64,000 bases of DNA from Spironucleus salmonicida (lineage: Eukaryota): positions 755,797 through 819,796 of the forward strand of contig NC_090597.1 in NCBI RefSeq assembly GCF_000497125.1. The letters run 5' to 3'. The translations under genes were made by a program, and so were the position numbers. Positions 1-14,169 of this stretch are shown here, one piece after another (positions within the stretch are counted from its first letter, which is position 1; each line of letters opens with the position of its first letter). The notes beneath the pieces were generated by a model. The model did no database searches, was not told the origin of the DNA, and saw nothing but the letters and a program-made list of their open reading frames with translations.

Positions 1-779
1 TGGTAAAATTATGATAAAATAGTAGTAGATGCAATTATTAGGTGTAAAAGGGAATAAGATATCCTTATATTCAGTTTTACCATTTCATAGTGGTTAAAAT
101 GGTTCTAGCCAACTTATTCACGCGATTTTAGTTTTAGACTATTCTAGGGCGTTAAATCAGTAAGTTTTTACTGCAGTATGGCCATTTGCCTCTAAATATT
201 TTACTTTTATAAAATCCATACAGCAACGAAAACTAAGCACTTTGTAACAACATTATACAGATATTCTAATTATTAATTTGTATTTACGTAAATTTATCTA
301 ATTTTGTTTTTATTTTATTCTCATCACGCAACATATTTTGTATATAATTTATCTACTCTTTAATGTTAAACGACAAGTTTTTGTAATGTTAGTTATGTTA
401 AATGCTTCGGTTGGTGGATACATAGTACTTTCGTTGGATCTTCATTCCTTACGATTAACTATTAAGATGTGTACCAATAGTCATAATTTTGGTAAAATAC
501 TTGATATTTACCATTGATTTTTAAACTATCCGTTCCAAAATAAGCTATATCTTATCAGTTAATTGCATTTATTATCCACTCTTTAATAGCTCCACCCGAA
601 GGAGTTACAGTTTATTCTTCTGTGGAACCCTTTGTGTGACTGGATGATACTGTAATTCCATTTTAGACTATATATTAGCACTGAAAATATTTTAAAATAT
701 TATTCTTTGATACCTGGTATACTATATACCAATATGTTGTATGACGAGATTATTATTAAATTTTGATGAAAATTAGTAG

Positions 780-2110
780 GAGCCATATACCACCATCAAG
801 TGATGATAATATTTACTGCATCTTCTAGCTATATTAGTCTATGGGATGCGCATGTAACCGCTTGGGATAATCCTCCATCTTGCTAACACGTTTTCAGTCT
901 ATATCTAACTCAAAGCAGAATAATTGCTGATATTCTAATACCAATTACGCACTACACATGATAGTTTAGGACTAATTTAATTCATACTGGGGTATTAAAC
1001 GAATATGAAATAATAAGTATATAAAATTAGCCTATCGTTGTCGCTCATTAATTACGAGTCTACCATCATCTCTAATATTTGCATTCTTTCATCAATTGAA
1101 AGAAGGTAGCAAACTTATGGACCTTCTGCTGCAATTATCTACATCATTATAATAACATTTTTCCTGGACGTGCTTCTTCCACACAAGAATCCCACCACAC
1201 CCATCCAAAAATATTCTATTTCAATGAGGTCACATATCAACAAAGTTCCATAACTATCCTATATTTGTCACACCAGCTACATGGCCTACCGGAACAGATA
1301 CAAATATAGCTATACCGACAAAATAAATGAATAGATGTGCAATTCGCTGAAAAGTGATACAATACTGACTGTACCGCAGTATATGCAAGATTATCTCGAA
1401 GAAGCGATAGTTGCAGAATTATCAGAATTTGTGTTTTTGCAGATTAAAATTTGGTTCCATTGGTGTCATTTTGGTTGCCGTCGGTGCCGGCAGCTTCAAA
1501 TGCGACGTGGACAGCATTTGGCCGCTGGTATTTCGTCTGCGTACGTTTCAATGATTTCACTTCAGGTTTTTGACATGATACCGCAGGGTGGAGGTTTTGC
1601 AGGTGTTATGTATATGATACTGATTGGGCGTTTTGATAATTTTCCTGGTTATCAGCTTTGCTTCAGTCAGTGCGACCAGACCTCGGAACGCGGTAAGAAA
1701 TTGCGCATGACTCTGCAAATGTAGTTAATGGGATATGCTTCAGGTGGCAATGGCATCGATAAGGCATCGCTGGATGTGTTTTTAGGTGTAGATGGGGTAA
1801 GTATATTTAACGGGCAGGTAAATAGCCGTGAAGGGCGTTACGTGAAAATAGGAACCGGGAGTTGAGCAGTTGTGTGTTTTTTGTTATCAGTGTTTGAGTG
1901 GGGTTTTGTGTGGAGTGTTTTTGTGGGCATACGGTGAACTGTGAAGTTTTTCTTGGAATGTTTTCCAGCGTTTTAGGCTTGGACGGGTTGGTAGTGATTT
2001 TTTGTGAGCTAGATGCGCCCACAAGGTAATAACTTGTGATGGAAATATTCGCATTCAACCATCTTGTGGGAATGATGGTTATTGTGGGAACCAAGAAAGT
2101 TGTCATATAG
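780..2110 (-). pseudogene. possible highly decayed CRMP-like relic
   Basis: GC-elevated island with the same compositional layout as the clearer CRMP relics and a GGIWLLLIFIK-like end near 770-800. No continuous frame; weak call. Confidence 0.25.
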
Positions 2111-3142
2111 CCTAGGGGCCTTAAGGACCGTTCAGACCTATTTTTGCAGCATAATAATATTTTATTCTTCGAAATTTATACTCTATACTATGAATAAGTA
2201 AAATGTCACTGGATATCGTGAGCTAAATCATTACAGGCAACACGATAAAGCTTAACTGCTATACTAAGTACGCACCAGCTGTATAAATTTTTTACTATTA
2301 TACTTTACCTCCCTGTATACAGTACTCTACTATGTCGTACTAGTGGCTAGTCGATATGGACAATATCCTAGTATTAAGAATTTTAGAAAACACTTCTATT
2401 TACAAAATGCTATTATTTTTCATATAGTATCCAATATATAGTTTTAAAATGAATGGCGAAACAAGCTACGAATAAAGCGGGTTAGTCAGACGACTCTGTT
2501 GCTTGCAAAAATAAGAGCCTATCTTCATTAGTACTTGCTGAATGCTGCATTATCAGTATTTCTAGTTGCACCGACTAAACTTTAAGATGGAATAAAGTTT
2601 GTATATATCTTCAATTGAGAGTTTATATTTACTGCTGTTTAGATACAATATAATGTTATTTTGGAATAACTTGTTCATTGTATTTAACAAGATATAATAT
2701 AAAGATTCTTCTAAATTTATTAACGAAATTTTAGTTATGTAAATCTATATCCAGTTAAGGATGATATTTATTTAATTATGTAATTAAGAAATATTATTAA
2801 ATTTATGGTAGAGTAAGTGTGATTACAGCGATGCTATGTTTATTTAAAGGTAACATAAAAATTTAAAATCTATTTGAGATAAATGTACAACAATGTTTTA
2901 ACTTTAAAACCAGTTTTATTAACACGCCTAAGCTGATAATGTTCACAATATAGTAAACAATTTTCCACTTAACATTCCTTGTTATGAATCAATTTCTTGT
3001 GCCTTTTGAGGGGAAGTCTCCCATCTGCAGCAGGACCATTCACAAATTGCATGGCCACAGGTAAACAATTCTAATCTAATTAATTTTAGTACCAGTAGGA
3101 CCAACCATCTTACACATCTATAAACGCTACCAATAAAATATC

Positions 3143-4993
3143 TCATTCCTGTATGCCAGCAGACCCTTCAACAGACACCGATGTCTTCTTTTTCTGCCTC
3201 ATAAACCAGAATACCCCGCCACCTATCGCACCAGCAACAATCAAAACTGCAATTACAATGCCGGCAATAGCTCCACCGGAAAGGTTATTTTTAGACTTAT
3301 TACCAGAGATAAAGCAGAACGCACCAACAGCTTCAGCTCCCTCAGTGCACCCAGTGCAGACCTCGTCCGCAAGCTAGTATCCTGGAATGCAAGAATCGCA
3401 TTTTGTGCTATCAGTCCCGCTGCATTTGAAGCAGTTTAACGCACTTTAGCATTTGCATGCGACGGTCTAACTATCACTCCCACACGCCACTATTTAATCC
3501 CCTACGCAGACCATGCCATCAGTACCAGCATCTTTACAGTCTTTTTCGCATGTCTGGTTTATGCTCATCGTGTGCCCAGTAGCACAAGTATCGCACCTTT
3601 CGCCGTTACGTGAGCAGCTCTTGCATACTTCGTTGCATTTGGAGCACATATTTTAGCTCATGAAAAAGCCTTCCAAGCACTCGTCACAAGAACCCAAATC
3701 AGACTTCTTGTACCCAGTGAGGCAATTTTCGCATTTTTTCGTGTCCGCGGTCTCACAGGTTGCGCAGTTTACGGCTAAATCGCACTCGCACTGCTCAACG
3801 GTGTTGCCAGCGCAGGCTGTACAAGCACCAGCCTAGAGGAAAAAGTTAGGCTTGCACAACTGGCAGACTGCTTTATCCCCATCGCAATTGGCGCAGTTAT
3901 CGCCGCAATTAGCGCAGGAAGTTCCTTCCAAAATGAAGCCTGGAAGGCAGCTTTTGCACTTGTTAAGCATATTCTCGCAGGTAGCGCAGTTATTAGTACA
4001 GGTTTTGCAGGTCGTTTGACAAATTTCAGAAGAGGCGCATTCGGAATCTGTTGAGCAGTTTTTGACGCATTTGTCGCCTGCCACGGTAAATCCGGTTGTG
4101 CAGGCGGTGCAGACGTCCTTTCCGGCTTGGCAGGTCATGCAGTTCAAGTCTGTGCACTTCTCGCACTTGTTAGCCTCAACAAAGAAGCCGGAATCGCAAA
4201 CGGTACAGTTGGTGTCAGACGAGCAGGTTATGCAGTTCACTGAGCAGGCTATGCAGGTTTTCGGGTCCGTCGTTGTGTCCTCGAAAAATGTTGGCTTGCA
4301 GGTCAAGCAGGGTGTGTCAGCAGCTGGGTTGTAGTTTCCGATGCAGGTGGCGCATTTCGTGTTGTCGGTGACGCAGGTGGCGCAATTCGCAGCACCCGTG
4401 CATACACAGGGCTTCATCTGAGCAATTTCGCAAGGGGCGCAAGTGGAACCGGTCAAAACGTTGCCATTGGCGCAGGTCTTGCATTCGGTGGCAGACGTAC
4501 AGGTGAGGCAGGTGGCAGGACATGCTGTGCAGGTTTTTGGAGCGGTGGTGCTCTCAAAAAAGCCGGTTTTACAGGTAGAGCAGGGTGTGACGGCATCTTA
4601 ATTGTAGTTTCCGTTGCAGGTGGCACACTTCGTCTTATCGCTGGCGCAGGTGGTGCAATTAACGGCGGCTGTGCACACGCAGGGCTTCATCTGATTGGCA
4701 GTACATGTCTTGCATGTATTATCCTCTAAAAAGTTATCGTTTTCACAGACAGAACAGGTGGTTGCAGTAGTGCTACAGACTTTACATTTGGAGTCACAGG
4801 ATGAACATTTTATTCCATCAAGAAATTAGCCGTCTGCGCAAGTGGCGCACATTGTATCTTCTAAGGTGGTACCTGAGCAAGTAAGGCAACCTTCAGTGCA
4901 CTTAATGCAGACTGCTTCAGCGGTACCGGTTCCTGTTGGGCAATAATTGCCTTCATTGCAATTATTTTGGCTATCAGTACAGGTTCCGGACAT
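3143..4993 (-). CDS. cysteine-rich membrane protein (CRMP2-type, VSP-like), 616 aa
   Basis: Table 6 frame: ctaaaaATG MSGTCTDSQNNCNEGNYCP..., CXXC arrays, two 273-bp modules (ATGs at 4690 and 4417), TM GGAIAGIVIAVLIVAGAIGGGVFWFM, tail RQKKKTSVSVEGSAGIQE-TGA. Length 1851 = 617 codons, in frame with ORF 3833..4456. Confidence 0.9.
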
Positions 4994-7612
4994 TTTTAGT
5001 TAATGAAATTTTACGATAAGTGCTTTAATTCATAAATAATTAGGATTAAATAGTTTCGCTTTTTTGTAATAAGCGGTTAATGTGGATTAACTACTCTAAA
5101 ATTAATATTATAAAATAATAAAAACAGTAAAAAATAGTTCTTGATTTATATCGATGATAACTTAATATACTGTTAATTTTTATATTTTTTAAAAGTCAAA
5201 TAATACGTAAAATTATAAGTAATAAATATATTTCATTACAATAATGCTTGTCATATATTTTATTTATTTATTTATTATTAATCATGAGTTGTTATCAATA
5301 TTATGTAATAATATTATGTATTAAATATATAAATATAACTATTATTTTATATTTTTATTTATTTATTATGTTTATTATATTATTATTTCTCTATAGTGAT
5401 TTTTAATAATAAGTTATTTTATATAAATATATATAAAATATAAGAACAATATATATTATTAAAAGCAATATTTATACCTAAACCGATAATAGAATCAAGA
5501 TATCATACGATTATTATGTGTATACAAATATATTTTAATATTTAAATTTAATAATGTAAAATTTTTAAAATTTACAATTTAGTTCTCTATTGAATCGAGG
5601 TATGTATGCTGTTTAGGTTTTAACTATAATTTTAAGATGTTTATGACCAAATATGAATTTCATAGAAGTGTAGATTTCTTTATATTTGAAATAATTTTTA
5701 TTTGTAGTCAATCATTTTATATGATGATAAATTTTAATAAAATATATAAGTATTACAAATATATCGTTAGAATTTAAGCATATACTTTGCAGTCAAAGCT
5801 TATTCGATGAATGGTAGATTTATTATTATATTTAAATCGAATATATATTATGTGAGATTACTTATACCAAATATGTATTATCATTAAATATTATCAAACA
5901 GTAACATTTATTTCAAACATTCATCTGTTTTAATGTTAATATATTAATATTTGTAAATCATAACAGCAACTATCTTGATAACTTACAATTTAAAATTTAT
6001 ATCAATACGTTACAAATATTAGTTATTATAATCCTCATTCAACAATATTTGTTCTACACTAAATAAGTACAATAAATGTCCTTTTAAGGAAATGGAAATT
6101 ACTATTATTTTTAATTTAGATAATTGTAAAAATAGTTTGTTTTGGTTAATAAATAATTAAATCATTATCATAAACCATTTAATTTCATATTTAATTAATA
6201 AATTACATAACTAAAATATATTATAATATATAATTTAAGTAATATATAATAATCGTGCTTCAGATATTATTATATTCACTTTAATAAGCTAGTTTCTATT
6301 ATTAAGATTTAATTTTTCAATAATTTATTATTCTAGAATTAAGTAACTAGTACTAACAGCATGAACCCGTAGTCTCTAGTTTAAAACCGTCAAAGTCATT
6401 TTTTATGACCGTGTTGTGATCATAACCATGACTTGCCGTTTTTTTTAACCGAAATCGACTGAACCATACTTTTAGAACGTATTACTTACTACCCCATTAT
6501 ATGAATACGATCAAAGGCAAATTTGACTAATAAATGATCAACAAACATAGAGATTAAATTATAAAATAGAAACAGAATAACTTAACAAAATAACATTTCA
6601 ACCGGCCAGGGTGGAAAGCGATCGTTCTAGAGATTGTAAGAGGGCCGGGTAGCGTTAGGTCAGAATTCGAATTAAGCATCCTATGAGACAAACTAGATGT
6701 GTTTTTAATCAGATAAGCTCATAGAGTAAGATGTCAACAAGCTCAACAACATGGGATAACTTCTCAATATCAAATTTGACTTCATTCTTTATAGAGCATA
6801 ATTAAGATGTCACATTCAAGAAAGTAAATACATAAAATAGTAATTCTTGAAAACACTATTTTTATGTTTATAAAATGGAACACAACCACACAGCGTTTGT
6901 ATAATCAAACACTAAAGGTATTCTACAAAAATTGTAGCAAGTTATATAACAATACTTCAAGAGGGAGTTATCTCTTTAAGAGTACTACTAAAAATAATAG
7001 CAATAAAAGTTATAGCTTCATCATATTAAATTATTGAAAAATAAGCTATTTGAAATATCATAGGATGATTTAAATGATTCTTAAACTAAACTATTGAAAC
7101 AAAATATTAGTAAGATTAGAAAGATCAGATCGTAATAACAATCAGATAAAATTAAAATAGGTTAAGAGAATAAATATTAAAAAGATTACAAACATATATC
7201 TATTTTAAAAGATTAAATAAAGTAGAACAATAATTAAATATCACTCATACTAGAAAAATAAATCTCATCTGTATATAAAAACAAATAGATTAAATTATTA
7301 AAAACTAAAACATAAAAGTACAATGAGATGATCAACAATGTAAACGATAGGGCTTAATGAATCATCTCATAGGAAAGAATTAGATAGTTTAATGACATAA
7401 TTACTAAAATTAATTAATTAGACTCAAATGCTTTGGTCAATGAATAAGTAAATGACTATGAGTAATTTAATGTAGAAGATGTTACCTTTGCTGAAAGAAT
7501 TAATGGAGAGTTCAACTTACCATAGATGATGCTCCCTCGTATTGAAACGATAGAATACTTTCCACTCGAATCTCCACCTTACTGCCCATAAACCCTGATA
7601 CCAAGTAAATTA

Positions 7613-9628
7613 TCACTACCTGCTAAAATTCTACTTCTCTATTTCCTAATTAACCTTGGTCTTCTTCATGTACCAGAAAACACCACCGGCGACTCCTCCC
7701 ACCACAACCAGAACCGCGATAACAATGCCTGCAACTGCACCGCTAGAGAGGTTGGTACTGAGCGTCTCGTCCTATAATATGCACAACTTTCCAACAGCAG
7801 TGTACCCATCCGCGCAGCCATCGCACTGTTAATTCACAAATTTGTAGCCTGCCATGCAGGACTCGCATTTTTCCTTATCCGAACTATCGCATTTGAAGCA
7901 GTTTGCAGCATCTTTACATTTGCACGCAGTTATCTGATCATTACCTCCACATTCCACAACATTATCGGCCGTACAAACATTTCCATCATCCATTTCACCC
8001 GTGCAATCCTTCTCGCACGTCTAGTTGATGCTCATTGTGTACGAACTGGCGCATGTATCGCACTTTTCAACGCTTTTCGAGCACGTAGCGCAATTATTAT
8101 TGCATTTCGTGCACACCATTCCGACCATCAAATAGCCGTCGGCGCAGATCGCGCAAGTTTCGTCTTTAGCCTTTTCATAGCCAGTGATGCAGTTTCCGCA
8201 CTTTGCTGAATCGGAAGAATCGCAGGTAGCACAATTTTCTGCATTCCCGCACGTGCACTTTTCCGTTTTGTTTCCATCACAAGCAGTACAGGTTCCTTCT
8301 TTGGCGAAAAAACTGTTATTGCAAACTTTACAAATATTTTTGTCATCCGCGCAGTTCGCGCAGCCGCTGGGACAGGCAATACATTTTTAGTTTTCGATGA
8401 TAAAGCCAGATTTGCAGGTCGTGCATTTTTCAACAGTCTCCTTGCACGTGGCGCAGTTGTCAGAGCAGGTTTTGCAGATTTTGTCGCAGATTTGGTTGAA
8501 CTCGCATTCAGCAATGGCGGTGCAATGTTTTACGCATTTACCACTTTATACCGAAAATCCATCTTTGCACGCCGTGCAGGTGCTTATTTGAGATGGACAG
8601 GTATTGCAGTTTTCGTCTGCGCAGGATACGCAGTAATTTGATTCGAGCGAAAATCCATCAGCACAAGCTGTGCAATTGGAGCTTGAAGAGCAGGTTGTGC
8701 AGGGCGCATGGCAGGTTACACACTCGTGTGGGGTTTTAGAAGTGTCCTCGAAGAATTTGTCCTTGCATTTCGAGCAAGGGATGGGTCCGGAGGGGTCAAA
8801 ATTGCCGATGCATGTTTTGCATTTACTCATATTAGCATCGCATGCCTGGCAGTTTTTGGCGGTTGAACATGTGCAGGCGGTAGTTTAGGTTGATGTGCAG
8901 AGTACGCAATTTTTGTTTACAAGCGAAAATCCATCCTCGCAATCTGCACATTCGCCAGCTTCGTTTAATTTCCAATGCGGCAAACAGGTTTCGCACTAGT
9001 CCTAAGATTTATTACAAGAGGCACACTAGGAGGCATTGCCACATTTGCATTCTGACGTCAGGTCTGTAACGCAAAGCTTTGGAACACCATTTTCACAGTA
9101 ATTTCCGTTATCAATATTTTCACATTTCTTAGTACATTATCCTTCTACTGTAGTGACAAATTCATTAGGCTCGCAGAAATCGCAAATTGTTGTTGAAGAG
9201 CATAACACGCAATTATGAATGCAATATTAACACGTTAGTGTAGCTGGATTACAGAAACCTTGGTTGCTGGCGGCGCATGTATCTGAGTTTTGACAGGTTG
9301 TTTCACAAAGTTTGGTATCTGGATTCATTTTGTAGCCATTGGAGCACGTAATGCAAGAATTGGGGTCTGCACAGGTATCGCAGAAAAAAGGACAGTTTTC
9401 ACATTTGTTATTTTATAAAAATGTATTACGCACGCATGTAGAGCATTTTTTGTCAGTACATTCTTGGCAGTTGTCTATGGGTTTGCTGTCTTAGCAGTAA
9501 CAACTTTAACCATATTCCATATCTTCAGAGCATGGCTCACAATTTACGGTCGTTGAATCTTCTGCAGGGCAAAAATATCCAGCGTTGCAGTTGAGGACGG
9601 CATTTGAGCATGTACCAGTTTCGGTCAT
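7613..9628 (-). CDS. cysteine-rich membrane protein (CRMP2-type), 671 aa
   Basis: MTETGTCSNAVLNCNAGYFCP... to GGVAGGVFWYMKKTKVNQEIEKQNFSRQ-TGA. Length 2016 = 672 codons, in frame with ORF 8546..8830; ends TAGTGA. Confidence 0.9.
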
Positions 9629-10680
9629 TTTCTGAAAATAGAACTTCGAAATATTATATTAAACTTGATGTAAATGATGATATGGATTTTAGTTTTTAAA
9701 AAACAGTAATATTAATTTATAGTAGTAATATATAATTGTTAAAACACAAATTTGATATACTCATGCAAACATAGATTATATTAATATAAATGATTGTATT
9801 TATAGATACTTAATTATTACAGAAACTTCATAAATTAGCCTGCATCTATGTAATAATCTATTCCAGGTTAAGAGAGTTTTATTTAATAAATTGTTACTTA
9901 ATATGTAACTAACATTAATTTTAGAAAATATAATTTGTCATTTAGTTTTATAATTATTATATACATATGATAACTTAACAATTGGTTATAGTTATCTTAT
10001 TTATTATAATATATTTCTGTGAATTCTAAATAATGAACTAATTGTATATATGTTGATTGAATAATTTCTGGAACTTGGTTATAATTTTACTATCATTAAT
10101 AGCAGTACTTAACAAAACGAGTTAAACTGTCAATTTTCCAACAATTTAATAAATAGCTAGATTATATCCATTAAGAAAGCATAAATTACTTAAGATATAA
10201 ATTTCAAATATTATCAGAAATTCAATGAGCACAAAATATATTTCCCGCTGATTTCCTGTACATCTGGATGTAACTTGCTTACTTAGATGAATTTTATACG
10301 AATTAAGTAGGCTTTGGCTTTACATTGAATTTTAAGTATTAATTGTATTAATACATAATTGAGCACAAAATAGTTTAGTACAAATGACACAGAATAATTA
10401 TATAATACCTCTAAATTATCATATTATATTTACCGATTTGCGTAATTATTATTTAGTATATTTTATGAAAACAATTAGTAAATAGCTATAAGTTTTAATT
10501 AATAGCTGAAACCGTACAACCACATAGTAGGAAATCGAACAGAGAGAAGCAAAAAGTCCATGATCAATTTCAGTTTAATAAAACAACTATGAATAATTTA
10601 TTTTAACAAAACCAAAAGGTACACATCACTTTTCTCTTGTACCTTTTGCTGCTACAGAAATTTATGTTTTGCATGATTTT
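9629..10680 (+). repeat. ~1.05-kb duplicated upstream region, copy 1 (copy 2 at 53916-54970)
   Basis: Near-identical non-coding sequence starts immediately upstream of the MTETGTC start codons of both genes, e.g. ttcgaaatattatattaaacttgatgtaaatgatgatatgg. Confidence 0.95.
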
Positions 10681-11199
10681 AAAATTATTTTGTAAGACTG
10701 TTTTATTATACTTAAAAACTTCATTTCAAAGTTCGTTTAGGCTACAGCGGGTCGTGAGAAATATGACACGTATGAGATTGTGTTTGAATGACCCGCCGCA
10801 TTAAAAACAATTCGAGGGTATTAACTTTTAAATTCAATATTGCGTTTTATCTATTTAACTCATTTTTCATACCAATAGATGAAACTATAATATTTAGAAA
10901 CACTTGATAAAGCGAGAAACGCTATGAAAATAAATTGAATAAGAACTAAAATAATATAGCAAAAATATAATTATTAAAATGAAAGTACGATAACTGATAG
11001 TTAACCATATATCTTTAATAAAAGATAATACTTATTTCCTTAAATAACAAATAAAATAAATTTAAAATTTAAAACATAAAATAATATAATGGCATAAAAT
11101 AAAATATGGTTAATTTTAGCCTGAATCGTAGCATATTTAACTTATAGACGATAAAATATAATAAGCAAAATATTAACAAAGAATATTACAAGATAGAGA

Positions 11200-11730
11200 A
11201 GTAAGTAACCATCCAAAAAGAGTAAGACAGCATTTATCAGTGTCCGAAAGGCTTAGTTATTTCATGGGTCGTAACACGAATTATAAAATTGTTATGTGTT
11301 TTTGGAAACCCACAAATGATCTAGTACTCTTTTGTGATTGTGACTTAGTTTTGCAAGGTTATTTCTAAATGTAAACATGATAATTCCCCTACTAATGGGA
11401 TTTAACATTCACATATCACCATATGATGTTTGGGTATATTATTGGTGCAGTTATCAGAATACTAGGCAATATTGGTCTAATTGGAAGTTTTGTTGTTTAT
11501 ATGTTCATCGTCAAGAAAAAACAATCAACTGACAGTAACCAATATCAACGGTTCAATTATAAAAATGTATAGTTAACTTATAACGATTCCACTAAAATAT
11601 CTCTAGAAATAATACCTACTATTGTAGCCTTGTATATTATTTGGGGACTGATCGATATTATTATATTTAAAACGATAAAAACAACAATTCGTGAGGAATG
11701 TATTAGCTAAAATTGGTAAAAAGGTTTCGA
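11200..11730 (+). pseudogene. CRMP 3'-end remnants (two TM/tail fragments)
   Basis: FGYIIGAVIRILGNIGLIGSFVVYMFIVKKKQ near 11430-11525, followed by a copy of the TM/tail of the gene at 62606-63517. Confidence 0.5.
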
Positions 11731-12206
11731 ATACTAGATTTAGATTTCAGAATATATTGCTAATCAGATTTATAATTATATGAATGATACTAATTTTAGG
11801 TTTATAAATATTTAACTAGATCCTAAACTTTGCAATTTCATAATGTGGTCTAACGTAATATTACAATTATATGCGGGAAATTATACTACACTATATTGAC
11901 GGCATACACCCAGATCAAATAATAAACTTACGATAAATTGAGAATACTAGTCTTTAGATAAGGTGGCGTACCAGTAATAGTCAATGCCGTGTTAAATATT
12001 ATAATGGTGAGTTTTGTCATTTTTGATAAATGTAAGTAAATATTATCTGCTGAGGCAAAATCAATTGCTACAGGGTAAGCATTGAAGAGATTCATCAAGG
12101 TATGTTAATTATCGACTATCTAAAATAGATAGAGCATAGTCATGTATGATAGCTAAAACTAATAGTAGTAAGGTATATACTAGAAAAATGTATTTCACGA
12201 AGAATT
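11620..12206 (+). repeat. diverged duplicate of 63400-64000
   Basis: Shared blocks: tattatttgggga, tagatttcagaatat, gtaccagtaatagtcaatgccgtgttaaatattat, gaggcaaaatcaattgctacagggtaa, ttcacgaagaatt. Confidence 0.9.
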
Positions 12207-13199
12207 AGAATATGCTATTTAATACATGCATCTAGATAAAAACTAGACTTAAATTTGATATATACCAGTAAATTGATTAGAATATCAAGACTAATCTTAG
12301 ATATAGAAACTGCTAGTTAATTATTATGTTTTTCTTGTCTTATATAAAAATTAGCTACAATAAAATGACATATGCGCCAATAATCCTAAATAAGTCCTCT
12401 CTCAATTGTACTTAGAGCTATTTATACCATAACATGGCGCTTGTGTAAGATTGGGGATATAAAGATTGCGCTAAATGCAGTTAATAGCGTGCAATGTGTT
12501 CAGGTAACTACTATCATAAATTGATTGTGAAAGATAATATAATAGAGAATACTTATATTCCTACAATAATGTTGTCACTATTATATAAGCCTTTAGTAAT
12601 ATATTAACCCAGATCAAGCGTGCAGAGTATGCTAATATTGCTAATATGAGTCTATGGGATCATATAATATTTGTCTAAAAAGTAAAATCCAAGAATAATA
12701 CGATTGCAATTGCTATAACTCTAGATACTGCTAATTTGCAAATCAGTAAATATTAAATGACATTCATACTGACACCAATAACATAGTATCAACATACAGA
12801 TAATCTGCGCAGCCTGCCTCCCACGCTATTATTTCAAGCTAATTACGTTTAAAATTATTCCAAGGATTACTATCTTTTCTGTAAAGAGGATTCAATCTCC
12901 GATGATGTGTGCACCAGTTGGATATACAATTTTATTCACTCAGGAACTTCTTGGAAACCATTTTAGCTAGGTAATTGAGATACCTACTAATATTAGTGTT
13001 CTCAAAATTTCACACTTTGTGACGTTGAAAATAGCGATAGATGCTAAAATGATACAGTATCACCGGATAATGAACGCTATGTATGTTGAATCATCCAAAA
13101 TAAGGAGTAATATGCTAGATACAACATATATAATTATTAACCCTGATCAAATGATATGAGGATATGGAATAAATGCGAAAATGGTTTATTCTTTAAAAC

Positions 13200-13720
13200 G
13201 GGTACATACAAGATGTAAATCATGAACAATTACGATTCTACCTGAGGGTGTCGAAGAGCTGTACTAACTATGAGCTGAAAAATTAGATGAAATGCATACC
13301 AGGTTAGTAGGCTGCATGCTGTGCTTTTTTTAATGTGCGAAGAAGGACGGAAAATATGTTTCAACTGCAGTCAGGAGCTCAAGGAAGGTGAATTCTATCA
13401 TGGTGGAAGGCATATCAAGTGTGGCACCAAAGGTCGATTCTCTTTGTGCACATGTGGTAATCTTCACACCTGCTTGCTCCGTGATGGGAGGGCCTCCACC
13501 CAGTGAATGAGAGCCTTCCGTCTGTCTGATTGCGCATGCTACGGAGATGCTTCTGGATATTATCTAGAGCAAAATAGCTTCATAGTGTACTTTGCACTCT
13601 AAAGCAGCAAACCAGCAATATGATCACAGGAACTATTGGTCGAATAGTAGTCGATAGTAGCTATGTGGCTACCGGCTAGGGTATCTACTTTAAGAAAAAA
13701 AGCAAGGTTCTCAGCTATCC
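13200..13720 (+). pseudogene. decayed CRMP1-like 3' half
   Basis: CSQELKEGEFYHGGRHIKCGTKGRFSLCTCGNLHTC resembles the juxtamembrane CRMP domain. It is followed by an in-frame TGA at 13504 and a decayed GLxYY..KKA-like tail near 13675-13710. Confidence 0.55.
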
Positions 13721-14169
13721 CAGTACTGATAACAACATCTTGTAACCATGACCTATGAAATGACGATATTAATCCATTATATTTTATTTTAATTTGATTC
13801 ATGAAACAAGAAGTACCATATAATCTGTTATACCCTAGTATCACATATTAATCCGCTTTTGCAGTGTAGCTGTAATAGGAGTTTTAGTATTTTCATTTTT
13901 ATTCAAAATTTAGTATATACAATAATATATAATACGTACATAAATTTTTATAAATAATCGCCATCGACCGCTAGTTTACTAAAACCAGTGCTATGCTCAA
14001 AAATTATATTAGCAATATTTTCGATTACTATAGTGAGCCTAAGTATGGGGAATTATATGTATTTTTAGGATTGAAAACCCCCACCTACGCATGATTACAG
14101 TAGCATATAGTATGTTTTCTTGCCAAATATATTATATTTAAATTATATTGCGAAGTTAATATTAGGACA

